A stretch of 64,000 nt of DNA from Gemmatales bacterium (GCA_041640595.1 JBEPZY010000007.1:21611-85610), one strand, 5' to 3'. Positions 30,389 to 40,007 are shown, counted from the stretch's first letter. The notes: generated by a model not told the origin, from the sequence alone. Program-made: numbers and translations.

Positions 30389-31368
30389 CCTGGCAAAATA
30401 AACGAGTCTTGGTTACCGGAGCCGGGGGATTTATAGGCAGCCATCTGGTGGAGAGACTTGTAGAGCTTGGGGCCTCGGTTCGTGCACTGATTCATTATAA
30501 TGCGCTGGGTTCATGGGGTTGGTTGGACTATTCGCCGCATCGAGAACGTATTGAAGTGATAATGGGTGACCTAACTGACCGAGATTTGGTATTTCAAGCT
30601 GCTCGTAACGTGGAGATCGTTTTTCACCTCGGTGCCTTGATTGCAATTCCCTATTCCTACCAGGCACCTAGTTCCTATGTGAGAACTAATATTGAGGGAA
30701 CCTTGAATATTTTGCTGGCAGCCCGCGATCTTAAGGTCGCCCGACTTGTGCACACCTCAACGAGTGAGGTCTATGGCACTGCGCGCTATGTTCCTATTGA
30801 TGAGAACCACCCGTTACAAGGACAATCTCCCTATTCTGCAACGAAAATCGCTGCGGATAAGCTGGCGGAAGCCTTTCATTGCTCTTACGGTGTTCCGGTA
30901 GTCATAGTTCGACCGTTTAACACTTATGGTCCGCGTCAATCTACCCGCGCAGTCATCCCAACAATCATTAGTCAGTGTCTCAACGGGGATACGATCCGTC
31001 TGGGGCACCTACATCCGACACGCGACTTGAATTATGTAAGTGATACGGTCGAAGGTTTTATACGAGCCGCTACTGCAGACAACGTGCTGGGGCAGACCAT
31101 CAATCTCGGCTCTGGTCGGGAAATAAGTATAGGAAATCTAGCATTATTAATCGCGCGACTGCTTGGAAAGCAGGTCCAGATCATCACGGATGAGCGTCGC
31201 AGACGCCCGGAAAAAAGTGAGGTTGAGCGTCTGCTTGCGGATAATAGCAAGGCCAAACGCTTGCTTGGCTGGGAACCTCGCGTGTCTCTCGAGGAAGGGC
31301 TCATACGCACCATTGATTGGATGCGGGAACATCGTCGGAGGTATCGCCTTGACAACCACAGCATTTGA
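30385..31368 (+). CDS. legB: NDP-GlcNAc 4,6-dehydratase (LegB-like)
   Basis: TGAGGFIGSH, ALIAIPYSY, TSTSEVYG, QSPYSATK, RPFNTYGPRQS and RPEKSEVERL. Confidence 0.8.
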   Translation: MTWQNKRVLVTGAGGFIGSHLVERLVELGASVRALIHYNALGSWGWLDYSPHRERIEVIMGDLTDRDLVFQAARNVEIVFHLGALIAIPYSYQAPSSYVRTNIEGTLNILLAARDLKVARLVHTSTSEVYGTARYVPIDENHPLQGQSPYSATKIAADKLAEAFHCSYGVPVVIVRPFNTYGPRQSTRAVIPTIISQCLNGDTIRLGHLHPTRDLNYVSDTVEGFIRAATADNVLGQTINLGSGREISIGNLALLIARLLGKQVQIITDERRRRPEKSEVERLLADNSKAKRLLGWEPRVSLEEGLIRTIDWMREHRRRYRLDNHSI

Positions 31369-31390
31369 ACCGGGGGCATGTCCTAAGGAC

Positions 31391-32557
31391 ATGATCCCGC
31401 TTTGCGTTCCGTGCTTGGAAGGGAAAGCGTGGGACTATATTCGCGAGTGCCTAGAGAGTAATTGGGTCTCGTCCGCGGGGCCATTTGTGGAACGTTTCGA
31501 AAAAATGGTTGCCGACTTTCTTGGCGTTAGGTATGCAGTGGCGACATCGAGCGGAACCGCGGCTTTGCATATTGCGCTTTTAGTGGCCGGAATTGCACCT
31601 GATGATGAAGTGCTTGTCTCGACGCTGACTTTTATTGCTTCGGGTAATGCTATTCGTTATGTAGGTGCCTGGCCTGTGTTTATAGATGCCGAACCATATT
31701 ATTGGCAAATGGATCCCGAGCAGGTGGCACATTTTCTGGAGCGCGAGTGTCAGTGGCGTAATGGGGTGCTTTATAATCGCAAGACGGGCAGAAGAGTCCG
31801 AGCCATCATGCCCGTGCATATTTTGGGGCACCCAGTTCACCTGGAGCCGATTCTGCAACTGGCATGTAAATATAACCTGCTGGTGATCGAGGATGCTGCC
31901 GAGGCGTTAGGTGCCTTCTATCAGGGTAAGCCTGTGGGTTCCTGGGGAGATATTGCCTGTCTGAGCTTTAACGGTAATAAAATCATCACATGTGGCGGCG
32001 GAGGTATGATCGTCACCAATCGAGCTGAGTGGGCCAGCTATGCTCGTTATCTTACTACTCAGGCAAAAGACGATCCTTTGGAATACATCCACCACCAGAT
32101 AGGATACAACTATCGACTTACTAATCTGCAGGCTGCTTTAGGTTGCGCTCAAATGGAAAAATTGGAGGAATTTATTAGGAGAAAGCGAATCATAGCTGCT
32201 AACTATCATGCACACCTGGCCGATTTAGCCGGCATTCGACTGCCAGCAGAAGCACCATGGGCGCGGAGTACTTATTGGCTCTATACAATTCTCATATCTA
32301 ACAGCAGAACCTATGGTACCAGTCGCAAAATTCTTCACACGCTTAGAGAATGGGGTATTCAATGTCGTCCTCTGTGGCAACCGCTTCACCGCAGCCCAGC
32401 TTATTCACAATTGCCACCCAGAGCGTGTCCGGTCGCAGATCGCCTATACTCTCAAGCCCTTAGTCTGCCGAGTTCAGTCAGCCTCACCTGCGAACAGCAG
32501 AATATAGTGATTCGTAAGCTGAAAACATGCGTACAGCAAGTCGTGGCGGCAGCTTAA
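31391..32557 (+). CDS. legC: DegT-family PLP sugar aminotransferase (LegC-like)
   Basis: WVSSAGPFV, SGTAALH, EDAAEALG, SFNGNKIITCGGGG and GYNYRLTNLQAALG. Confidence 0.85.
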   Translation: MIPLCVPCLEGKAWDYIRECLESNWVSSAGPFVERFEKMVADFLGVRYAVATSSGTAALHIALLVAGIAPDDEVLVSTLTFIASGNAIRYVGAWPVFIDAEPYYWQMDPEQVAHFLERECQWRNGVLYNRKTGRRVRAIMPVHILGHPVHLEPILQLACKYNLLVIEDAAEALGAFYQGKPVGSWGDIACLSFNGNKIITCGGGGMIVTNRAEWASYARYLTTQAKDDPLEYIHHQIGYNYRLTNLQAALGCAQMEKLEEFIRRKRIIAANYHAHLADLAGIRLPAEAPWARSTYWLYTILISNSRTYGTSRKILHTLREWGIQCRPLWQPLHRSPAYSQLPPRACPVADRLYSQALSLPSSVSLTCEQQNIVIRKLKTCVQQVVAAA

Positions 32558-32591
32558 GGTCGACAATAGCCTTGCTAATAAGGGGAGGACG

Positions 32592-34250
32592 TTGAAACCC
32601 ATGGAATGTGATGACGTGAAAAAGCGAGCTTTACTCGTTATATACAATGCCGCTCACTTCCGAGAGTTATTGCGTCTCGCACAGTTGTTGCTTAAAAGTG
32701 GAGCGTATGTGCCAGTGTTGCTATTCGTTAGTCCCTATCCCGGCCTTAGCGCGCATTATCAGCAATGTATTAGCCTTGGCGTTAGAGCCATCGTCCGTGG
32801 CCAATCGCTCCAAAAAAAAACTCACAGATGGCTGGTGACTATTGCACTAATACCGAGTGCGGTTTATAACGTTGTTTGGATATTACTTCATGCCATTGTG
32901 CCAGGATTTCTACGGAAGCCGTTACGATCGGTTTACCAATATTTAGCCCGGCATTGCCGTCGGATTGGGGATGCTATTAAAGACCTTCTTTATTCAGCGA
33001 TTAACCATCTTCTTGGGCTGATAAAATCCTCTGACAACTTATGGGTGCACGGTTTACGCGCGGTCAAGGAGTGGCGCTTTGCCCGGAGAATTTGTCGAAT
33101 TTTGCAGCCGGATATTGTTATACTTGCCGAAGATAACGTGGAATACCTGAGCAGCGTGTGGGTCAGGGCTGCTCATCAGCAGGGCCTGCCTGTGTTAGTG
33201 GTACCATATTGCCTGGCAGGTATTGAGGAACCGGCGGCTGTGTACTGGAAGCATCCGAAGCATGATGCGGATAGCGATGAAAATCAGAGGTTGGCGCGGA
33301 GTTTTCCTCAGTGGGTTTATGAATATCAAGGTCGCCGGCTTGTTCGTCTTCCTGCTAAACGAGCACTACCAATGGAGTGGTTGGATATCAGTTCTCCCTT
33401 GCCGTGGGTAATGAACGGGAGTTACGCGGACGCAATTGCAGTGGAAAGCGAGTTTATGCGAAATTTTTATAAACGACAAGGCATCCCATCCAAGCAGCTG
33501 GTGACCACGGGAGCAGTATCCGATGATGTTCTTTATACCACTTTGCAGGACTTAGAGGGTCAACGTTGTAGGCTTTACAGGCAATATGGGATGAAAGAAG
33601 ATAGGCCTATGCTGCTTTGTGCGGTTCCTCCTCTTACATCTGCCATGGCAAACCTCCGGCAGGAATTCGAATCGTACGACGACATGATCCGTTTTTGGAT
33701 CGACAGTATGAAGCGGGTAGAAGGATACAACGTGTTTATATCTCTGCATCCCACAATGGATCGAACACAATTCAAGTGGATAGAAGAGATTGGGTGGTGG
33801 GGAATGGGCTTGGCACCGCCCGACACTGCTGTGATGATCGCACTGTGTGATATATATGTCGCCTCGGTATCTTCAACGATACGCTGGGCTATTGCGTGTG
33901 GGAAACCGGTGATCAACTACGATGTGTACAGGTTCCGCTTTCCGGATTTCAGACCGGCTCCGGGTGTTATCACCGTTGAAACCAAGGAAGAGTTCCTTTT
34001 GGCCTTGAGGCGCATTACAACCGATTCGAACTATTATGATTTGCTCCGAGAAGCTCAGTTAAATGTTAGCAGGTATTGGGGCATGATTGATGGTAGGTCT
34101 GGGAAGCGCATACTCGAACTTATTGATCGCTTAACCCAGCAATACACGACTAAACCTAAATATTATCACGGAATGGGCGGAGTCGAGGCATCCCGAGTTA
34201 GGAAGATCATCTCGGGCAACAAGCTGGCTTCGTGCCAACTTAGGAGCTGA
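32592..34250 (+). CDS. Uncharacterised GT-B-like protein, candidate CMP-nonulosonate transferase (paralog A)
   Basis: LHP, SST..WAIACGKPVINYD and DGRSGKRI motifs; paralogous to 38150-39907; embedded in the leg cluster. Confidence 0.6.
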   Translation: MKPMECDDVKKRALLVIYNAAHFRELLRLAQLLLKSGAYVPVLLFVSPYPGLSAHYQQCISLGVRAIVRGQSLQKKTHRWLVTIALIPSAVYNVVWILLHAIVPGFLRKPLRSVYQYLARHCRRIGDAIKDLLYSAINHLLGLIKSSDNLWVHGLRAVKEWRFARRICRILQPDIVILAEDNVEYLSSVWVRAAHQQGLPVLVVPYCLAGIEEPAAVYWKHPKHDADSDENQRLARSFPQWVYEYQGRRLVRLPAKRALPMEWLDISSPLPWVMNGSYADAIAVESEFMRNFYKRQGIPSKQLVTTGAVSDDVLYTTLQDLEGQRCRLYRQYGMKEDRPMLLCAVPPLTSAMANLRQEFESYDDMIRFWIDSMKRVEGYNVFISLHPTMDRTQFKWIEEIGWWGMGLAPPDTAVMIALCDIYVASVSSTIRWAIACGKPVINYDVYRFRFPDFRPAPGVITVETKEEFLLALRRITTDSNYYDLLREAQLNVSRYWGMIDGRSGKRILELIDRLTQQYTTKPKYYHGMGGVEASRVRKIISGNKLASCQLRS

Positions 34251-34255
34251 TTGTA

Positions 34256-34978
34256 ATGAAAATATTAGCATTGATCCCAGCCCGTGGTGGCTCGGTTTCC
34301 ATTCCCAGAAAAAATTTAGCGGTCCTGGGCAGTGTGCCTTTGATTGCCTGGACTATAGCTCAGGCAAAACACGTGGCAGAATTGGACCGAATAATAGTCA
34401 GCACTGAGGATGTCGAAATCGCCGAAACAGCTAAGAAATATGGTGCTGAAGTACCGTTTATGCGTCCGAAGGAATTGGCGCAGAGTGATACGCCCACAAT
34501 TGATGTTGTGTTTCACGCGCTGGATTGGTTGGAGAGTAACGAATCCTATTTCGCTGATGCTGTGCTCTTACTGCAACCTACTAGCCCATTCCGAACGGCT
34601 GCTGACATTAAGCAGGCGATCGGATTGCTTAGCACTGAGAACTGCCCAGCGGTTGTGAGTGTAACGCCGAGCCATCCGCACCCCTTCCTAGCATTTCGCG
34701 TTAACAACCGTGGCTGTCTGGATCAACTCTGGAACTATGATATCAACCAGGCGAGGCGACAGGATTTACCTGACGCGTACTATCTCAACGGTGCTATTTA
34801 TCTTATCTGGACCGATGTGCTTCGCCGATGCAAATCGTTTATCCCTCCTGGGACGAAAGCATTGATTATGCCGCGGGAGCGATCGTTAGATATAGATGAA
34901 CCATTTGATTTGCTGATAGCTCGTGCATTATTGGAGGCCGAGTCATGGGAAAAGAAATCAAGGTTGCCGGCCGCCTGA
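34256..34978 (+). CDS. CMP-nonulosonic acid synthetase (NeuA/LegF-like)
   Basis: IPARGGS..IPRKN, VSTED, LLQPTSPFR, RRQDL, NGAIY and DIDEPFD. Confidence 0.92.
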   Translation: MKILALIPARGGSVSIPRKNLAVLGSVPLIAWTIAQAKHVAELDRIIVSTEDVEIAETAKKYGAEVPFMRPKELAQSDTPTIDVVFHALDWLESNESYFADAVLLLQPTSPFRTAADIKQAIGLLSTENCPAVVSVTPSHPHPFLAFRVNNRGCLDQLWNYDINQARRQDLPDAYYLNGAIYLIWTDVLRRCKSFIPPGTKALIMPRERSLDIDEPFDLLIARALLEAESWEKKSRLPAA

Positions 34979-35997
34979 TCGGAGACGGTCATCCATGCTT
35001 TATCATCGCAGAGGCCGGTGTTAATCATAACGGGCATATAGATTTAGCTCGAAAGCTCATAGATATTGCTGCGAATTGTGGAGCGGATGCGGTCAAATTC
35101 CAGACATTTTGCGCAGATAGGTTAGTGACTCCCTCAGCGCGTGTCGCAAAGTATCAGGCAAGAAATATAGGCGAGCAGCAAACTCAATTGGATATGCTTC
35201 GCAAGTTGGAGTTGTCAGAGGAAGCCCACCGCATTTTATTCGATTATGCAAGGAAGAGGGGACTGATTTTCCTGTCGACACCGTTTGATGAACTTAGTGC
35301 GGACCTGTTGGAGGAACTTGGCGTTTCTGCTTATAAGGTGCCATCCGGTGAGTTGACTAACCTGAGGTTTCTCAGGTATTTAGCCAGAAAAGGGAAACCG
35401 CTGATCATTTCGACGGGCATGGCTACCCTAGCGGATGTGGAGCTGGCCATTGAAGCCCTGGAATCCAGCGGCTGCAAAGAATACGTGCTATTGCATTGCG
35501 TCAGTAATTATCCAGCCGAGGCAGAGGGAGTAAATCTGCGAGCAATGCTCACACTACGGGCCGCTTTCGGTGTACCGGTTGGATATTCGGATCATACGCT
35601 CGGGATAGCAGTGCCGTTAGCTGCGGTTGCTTTGGGTGCGTGTGTAATTGAAAAACATTTTACCATCGATCGCAGTTTGCCGGGACCAGATCACAAGGCT
35701 TCCGCTACGCCCGAGGAGCTTAGGGAATTGATAAGCTCCATTCGTACGATCGAACGTGCGTTGGGCGACGGGCGGAAACGACCTACACAGGGAGAGCGTG
35801 ACACTATGCTGGCAGCACGAAAGAGTCTCATCGCAAGTTGTGACATTGCTCGAGGCACTAAGATCGAAGAGCATCATATTACATTGCGTCGCCCTGGAAC
35901 GGGTTTGCCTCCGACTTTTTTGCCTTATTTAGTCGGTCGTATAGCTCGTACCTACATCCGAGCGGGTACGCCTATCACGCTGGACATGGTCGCATGA
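34945..35997 (+). CDS. Nonulosonic acid synthase (NeuB/LegI-like) with SAF domain
   Basis: IIAEAGVNHNG, ADAVKFQT, STPFD, STGMA, LHCVSNYP, GYSDHT and IEKHFT. Confidence 0.95.
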   Translation: MGKEIKVAGRLIGDGHPCFIIAEAGVNHNGHIDLARKLIDIAANCGADAVKFQTFCADRLVTPSARVAKYQARNIGEQQTQLDMLRKLELSEEAHRILFDYARKRGLIFLSTPFDELSADLLEELGVSAYKVPSGELTNLRFLRYLARKGKPLIISTGMATLADVELAIEALESSGCKEYVLLHCVSNYPAEAEGVNLRAMLTLRAAFGVPVGYSDHTLGIAVPLAAVALGACVIEKHFTIDRSLPGPDHKASATPEELRELISSIRTIERALGDGRKRPTQGERDTMLAARKSLIASCDIARGTKIEEHHITLRRPGTGLPPTFLPYLVGRIARTYIRAGTPITLDMVA

Positions 35998-37205
35998 GAA
36001 AAATTGCTGTCGTTACAGTGGCGAGGTCGGATTGGGGTATATATCTGCCAGTGCTCCAATGCCTGCGCGAACATAAGGGGGTGCAAGTGCTAATAATTGT
36101 AGGTGGGGCCCACTTAGTCCACCAGTTTGGTAGGACAGTGGACGAAGTAAGAAACTCTGGATTCGAAATCACTGCGACGATAAATTTCTTGCTCGCGGAC
36201 GATTCCCCCGAGGCGATTTCGAAGTCATTAGGTCTGGGAATTGTTAGTTTTGCCCAACATTTTCAGAGCTGCCGGCCCGACTTGCTGGTCGTGCTTGGGG
36301 ATCGATATGAGATGTACGCCGCGGCTCTGGCTGCATTGCCGTTCCAAATACCCGTGGCTCATATTCACGGAGGAGAATTGTCGCTGGGCGCTATAGACGA
36401 TGCCATTCGACATAGCCTTACTAAGCTTAGCCATCTTCATTTCGTTGCTTGCCAGGAGTATGCACGTCGAGTCATACAACTTGGAGAAGAACCCTGGCGA
36501 GTTATTATAAGCGGTGCGCCTGCCCTCGATGCTATTCGAATGTTTACTCCTCTGCCAGCATCAGAGTTTCAGACTCGCACAGGGATTGATCCAAATGCTG
36601 GTTTTTTGTTAGTGACATATCACCCAGTAACTTTGGAATTCAAGGACGCAGGGTTTCAAATCAGGGAGTTGCTAACCGCTTTGGACCAATTTTCTACGCC
36701 TATCCTGTTTACGGCGCCTAACGCGGATACCAGCAGCCATGTAATCAGAGACGAAATTCTATCGTACTGCAAGACGCACCGAAAGGCTAAATACATAGCT
36801 CATTGCGGGCCGGAGCTTTATTACAGTGCGATGCATTATGCAGCAGCAATGGTTGGAAATTCGTCAAGCGGAATTATCGAGGCTCCTTCTTTTTGCATGC
36901 CCGTGGTAAACATTGGCAGGCGTCAGGAGGGACGAATAAGGGCACGCAACGTTATAGATGTCGGCTATTCAAGGGGGGAGATTATCGAGGGTATCCGACG
37001 GGCTCTCAGCAGGGAATTTCGGGAATCACTGCGTGGGCTTGAAAATCCCTACGGCGATGGTTATGCAGGGGAACGAATTGCCAATGTGCTTAGTTCAATA
37101 CCGCTGGATGAGAAGTTACTGCGGAAAAAATTTTACGATTTGCCTATCGCTCCAGATTCAAATGTGCAAAAGAGAGAGTCCGGTGAGTTAAAGATGATAG
37201 CGTAG
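35994..37205 (+). CDS. Hydrolysing NDP-sugar 2-epimerase (NeuC/LegG-like)
   Basis: VTVARSDWG, LGDRYE, HIHGGE, DDAIRHSLTKLSHLHF, TYHPVT, GNSSSGIIE and NPYGDG. Confidence 0.93.
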   Translation: MRKIAVVTVARSDWGIYLPVLQCLREHKGVQVLIIVGGAHLVHQFGRTVDEVRNSGFEITATINFLLADDSPEAISKSLGLGIVSFAQHFQSCRPDLLVVLGDRYEMYAAALAALPFQIPVAHIHGGELSLGAIDDAIRHSLTKLSHLHFVACQEYARRVIQLGEEPWRVIISGAPALDAIRMFTPLPASEFQTRTGIDPNAGFLLVTYHPVTLEFKDAGFQIRELLTALDQFSTPILFTAPNADTSSHVIRDEILSYCKTHRKAKYIAHCGPELYYSAMHYAAAMVGNSSSGIIEAPSFCMPVVNIGRRQEGRIRARNVIDVGYSRGEIIEGIRRALSREFRESLRGLENPYGDGYAGERIANVLSSIPLDEKLLRKKFYDLPIAPDSNVQKRESGELKMIA

Positions 37206-37264
37206 GATGTAGGAGAACAAGGACGCTAAGATGATAGATGGCGAGATCAAGGAAGGAGGACGCG

Positions 37265-38113
37265 ATGATCCGTATTATTCCACGCCTTGACATTAAGGGA
37301 CCTAACTTAGTGAAAGGCATTCACTTGGAAGGTTTGCGAGTGCTAGGAAAGCCGGAACATTTCGCGCGCTATTATTATGAGAATGGAGCCGATGAGCTGC
37401 TATACATGGATGCGGTAGCCAGTCTATACAATCGGAACAACCTTTTGCACATTGTGGAGCGGACAGCACGGGAGGTATTCATACCACTGACTGTGGGTGG
37501 AGGATTACGGTCAGTGGAGGATATCCGGGCCGTGCTGCGTGCCGGTGCAGATAAGGTATCTTTAAACACTGCGGCTATTCGCAGGCCGGAGCTGATTCGG
37601 GAAGCAGCCAAGGCATTCGGTTCTTCAACAATCGTGGTATCCATAGAGGCGATCAAGCAGAAAGACGGCACTTATAAATGTTACACCGACTGCGGTCGTC
37701 AAGAAACCGGTATAGATGCTTTTGAATGGGCAGTGCGAGCTGCAGAGTTAGGTGCTGGAGAGATCCTGGTAACTTCGGTGGATCGAGAGGGTACTGGTTT
37801 AGGATTCGACCTGGAGTTGACGCGCCGCATTGCTGAGGCAGTTTCGATACCCGTAATTGCGTGCGGTGGTGCTGGTAACCCAGAGCATGTATATGACGTT
37901 ATTACGAAGGGACGGGCCCAGGCGGTCTGCATTGCCTCGATGTTCCACTATAATTATGTGAAACATTTTCCGCCTGATCCTAGTGAGTTCAAGGAAGAAG
38001 GCAACTTAGAATTTATCCGCCGCCGATTACAGTGGAACCGGATTCAAGATACTACGTTGCCGGAATTGAAGAGGTACCTTGTGGATCGCGGTGTAGATTG
38101 CCGCTGGAACTAA
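37265..38113 (+). CDS. HisF-like cyclase subunit (WbuZ-type, glycan cluster)
   Basis: RIIPRLDIKGPNLVKGIHLEGLR, DAVASLY, VGGGLRS and GAGEILVTSVDREGT; GGAGG before the ATG at 37265. Confidence 0.9.
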   Translation: MIRIIPRLDIKGPNLVKGIHLEGLRVLGKPEHFARYYYENGADELLYMDAVASLYNRNNLLHIVERTAREVFIPLTVGGGLRSVEDIRAVLRAGADKVSLNTAAIRRPELIREAAKAFGSSTIVVSIEAIKQKDGTYKCYTDCGRQETGIDAFEWAVRAAELGAGEILVTSVDREGTGLGFDLELTRRIAEAVSIPVIACGGAGNPEHVYDVITKGRAQAVCIASMFHYNYVKHFPPDPSEFKEEGNLEFIRRRLQWNRIQDTTLPELKRYLVDRGVDCRWN

Positions 38114-38149
38114 CGCTAGTGTGTTTTCTTTATAAGGAATTACAGCAGG

Positions 38150-39907
38150 ATGCTCCCGGAAAGTGTCCTTTTCGTCGCCTACGAGGCATCACAGATCGAG
38201 TTGTTTATTGAAATCGCCAGGTTCATCCGGCTGAGGACTAGCTTCGTCCCTATTGTTTATTGTCCATACGCGCTACCGAAAGCCGAGATATATGCGCAAC
38301 AATGCTGCCAGGCAGGGATCGAATATTTGCAAGCACATACCTCGTTAGGTGGTCGCATCAACCTGGCTGAGATCATCGAAAAACTTGCCGTGCGATACAG
38401 TCAGCCTGTTGCGACCATCGAGCCCGGATGTAGGGGCGAGGTGGGTGAGTGGGCAAAAGGCTCGCCTGGGTATCCGCAGTGGGCTAGCGTAGCTCGACAG
38501 CGCAAGCGGATCGGTCAGGCGCGGGCGGAAGTAAGGAAGGTCCTGGAAAAATGGATGAACCTCAGGTCTGATGAGGTTCGTGAACAAGCGATAAGTGAAT
38601 TTTCACTGTGGCTGGGAACGTATCAACTGGAGATGGAGATTGCTCACCAGCTGGTAGAAAGACTGCGAGTGGCGGTGATAGTATTAGCGGAACATGTTGC
38701 GGAGCGAGATAGTGGGATGTGGTTGAGAACAGCAGCCGAGCACGGCATCCCAGCGATTGTAATGGCTCAACATGTTGCTGCCCGGCAAGGTACAGTTGGC
38801 GCCTATGCTTGCCGATTCGAGTATTCCATGTTGCACCCGGCAAATAAAGTCCTGGTGGAATTTTTTCCCCACTGGCGGTTAGATTATGATGGGTACGAGC
38901 TGGTGCGGCTGCCCGCTGGACAAGCATTAGCGCAGGAATGGTGGGGTATTGCTATGCCCCGCCCTTGGGTCGTCAATAGTGAGCCACTAAACGGTGTGTG
39001 GCTTGAAAGCGAGTTTTTGGCTGAGATATATATGATGCAAGGTGTGGAAGGCAAACATATATCGGTAGTCGGGAGTCCGCATCTGGATCGGCTGGCGCAG
39101 ATTATTACAGGGCAAATCTATGTAGAGCGATCTGACGTCTGGGATGAGTTGGAAATAGATCTAAGCAAGCCGTTATTGCTATGCGCACTGCCAGCGAACC
39201 TATACCCTCAGCGGAAAGCCTGGAGGTTCGAGAGTTACCTGGAGTTAGTATGTCACTGGTTAGAGGTCTTGCGGAGGGTGAAGAATCTAAGTGTGCTGGT
39301 GTCGCTGCATCCCGGTGCTGGTAGTGAGTTGAGCGATTGGGTAGCGCGCAGGGGATTTCCGTTTGTTCGGGGCCAGCTCACAGAGATTTTACCCAGAGCG
39401 AGTGTTTACATTGCCAGCATGTCAAGCACCATTGCCTGGGCACTGGCTTGCGGTGTTCCAGTGATCAACTACGATGTGTACTGCCTGAATTACCGCTTCT
39501 TCCGCCAAGAACACGGCTGTCTGACGGTGCAGTCTCACCTGGAGTTTGAACAGTTGCTTGCAGAAATAGATGTTTACTTTGCTGGACGAGCAAAGCCAGG
39601 CGAAAGCTCACGCATCGCCAGGTTGGAGAAGAACGCCCGTCGTCATGCTGAGTACTATGGCCGGCTGGACGGATTATCGATCGAGCGGATTGTGGCCGGC
39701 ATCTGGGAACTGAGCCGGAGAAAAATCCCCGTCCCGATGGCCCGGAATTACTGGCAGGGCGAAATTCGCGATTGCACAATTATGCGGCAATGGCTGCATG
39801 AACGCCTATCCGGGATCGCGCCGCGTATGGAAGAAGATTTTTGGCAACTGCGTAAGTGTGAGGCGAGCGATTGGGTTGACGAGCCGCAGCTGAAGCTCGC
39901 AAGTTGA
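38150..39907 (+). CDS. Uncharacterised GT-B-like protein, candidate CMP-nonulosonate transferase (paralog B)
   Basis: LVRLPA, PWVVN, ESEF, LHP, SSTIAWALACGVPVINYDVY and DGLSIERI are shared with 32592-34250. Confidence 0.6.
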   Translation: MLPESVLFVAYEASQIELFIEIARFIRLRTSFVPIVYCPYALPKAEIYAQQCCQAGIEYLQAHTSLGGRINLAEIIEKLAVRYSQPVATIEPGCRGEVGEWAKGSPGYPQWASVARQRKRIGQARAEVRKVLEKWMNLRSDEVREQAISEFSLWLGTYQLEMEIAHQLVERLRVAVIVLAEHVAERDSGMWLRTAAEHGIPAIVMAQHVAARQGTVGAYACRFEYSMLHPANKVLVEFFPHWRLDYDGYELVRLPAGQALAQEWWGIAMPRPWVVNSEPLNGVWLESEFLAEIYMMQGVEGKHISVVGSPHLDRLAQIITGQIYVERSDVWDELEIDLSKPLLLCALPANLYPQRKAWRFESYLELVCHWLEVLRRVKNLSVLVSLHPGAGSELSDWVARRGFPFVRGQLTEILPRASVYIASMSSTIAWALACGVPVINYDVYCLNYRFFRQEHGCLTVQSHLEFEQLLAEIDVYFAGRAKPGESSRIARLEKNARRHAEYYGRLDGLSIERIVAGIWELSRRKIPVPMARNYWQGEIRDCTIMRQWLHERLSGIAPRMEEDFWQLRKCEASDWVDEPQLKLAS

Positions 39908-39978
39908 GCATCTGGGAGGCCTGCGTTTTATATAACAGGATGTACGTCCATCCCGGAGCGGGTGGAAAAATTTTGTGC

Positions 39979-40007
39979 TTGACGTTGCCCGGTCGGAACG
40001 ATAGCAT
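39979..40007 (+). promoter_or_regulatory. Putative sigma70 promoter
   Basis: TTGACG-N17-TAGCAT, about 110 nt upstream of the DUF1501 ATG. Confidence 0.5.

Noticed and set aside
27180..38113. hisH/hisF as histidine biosynthesis genes
   Set aside because: Context with the sugar amidotransferase and the IPRLDIKGPNLVKG variant indicate glycan-modification paralogs; no other his genes are nearby.
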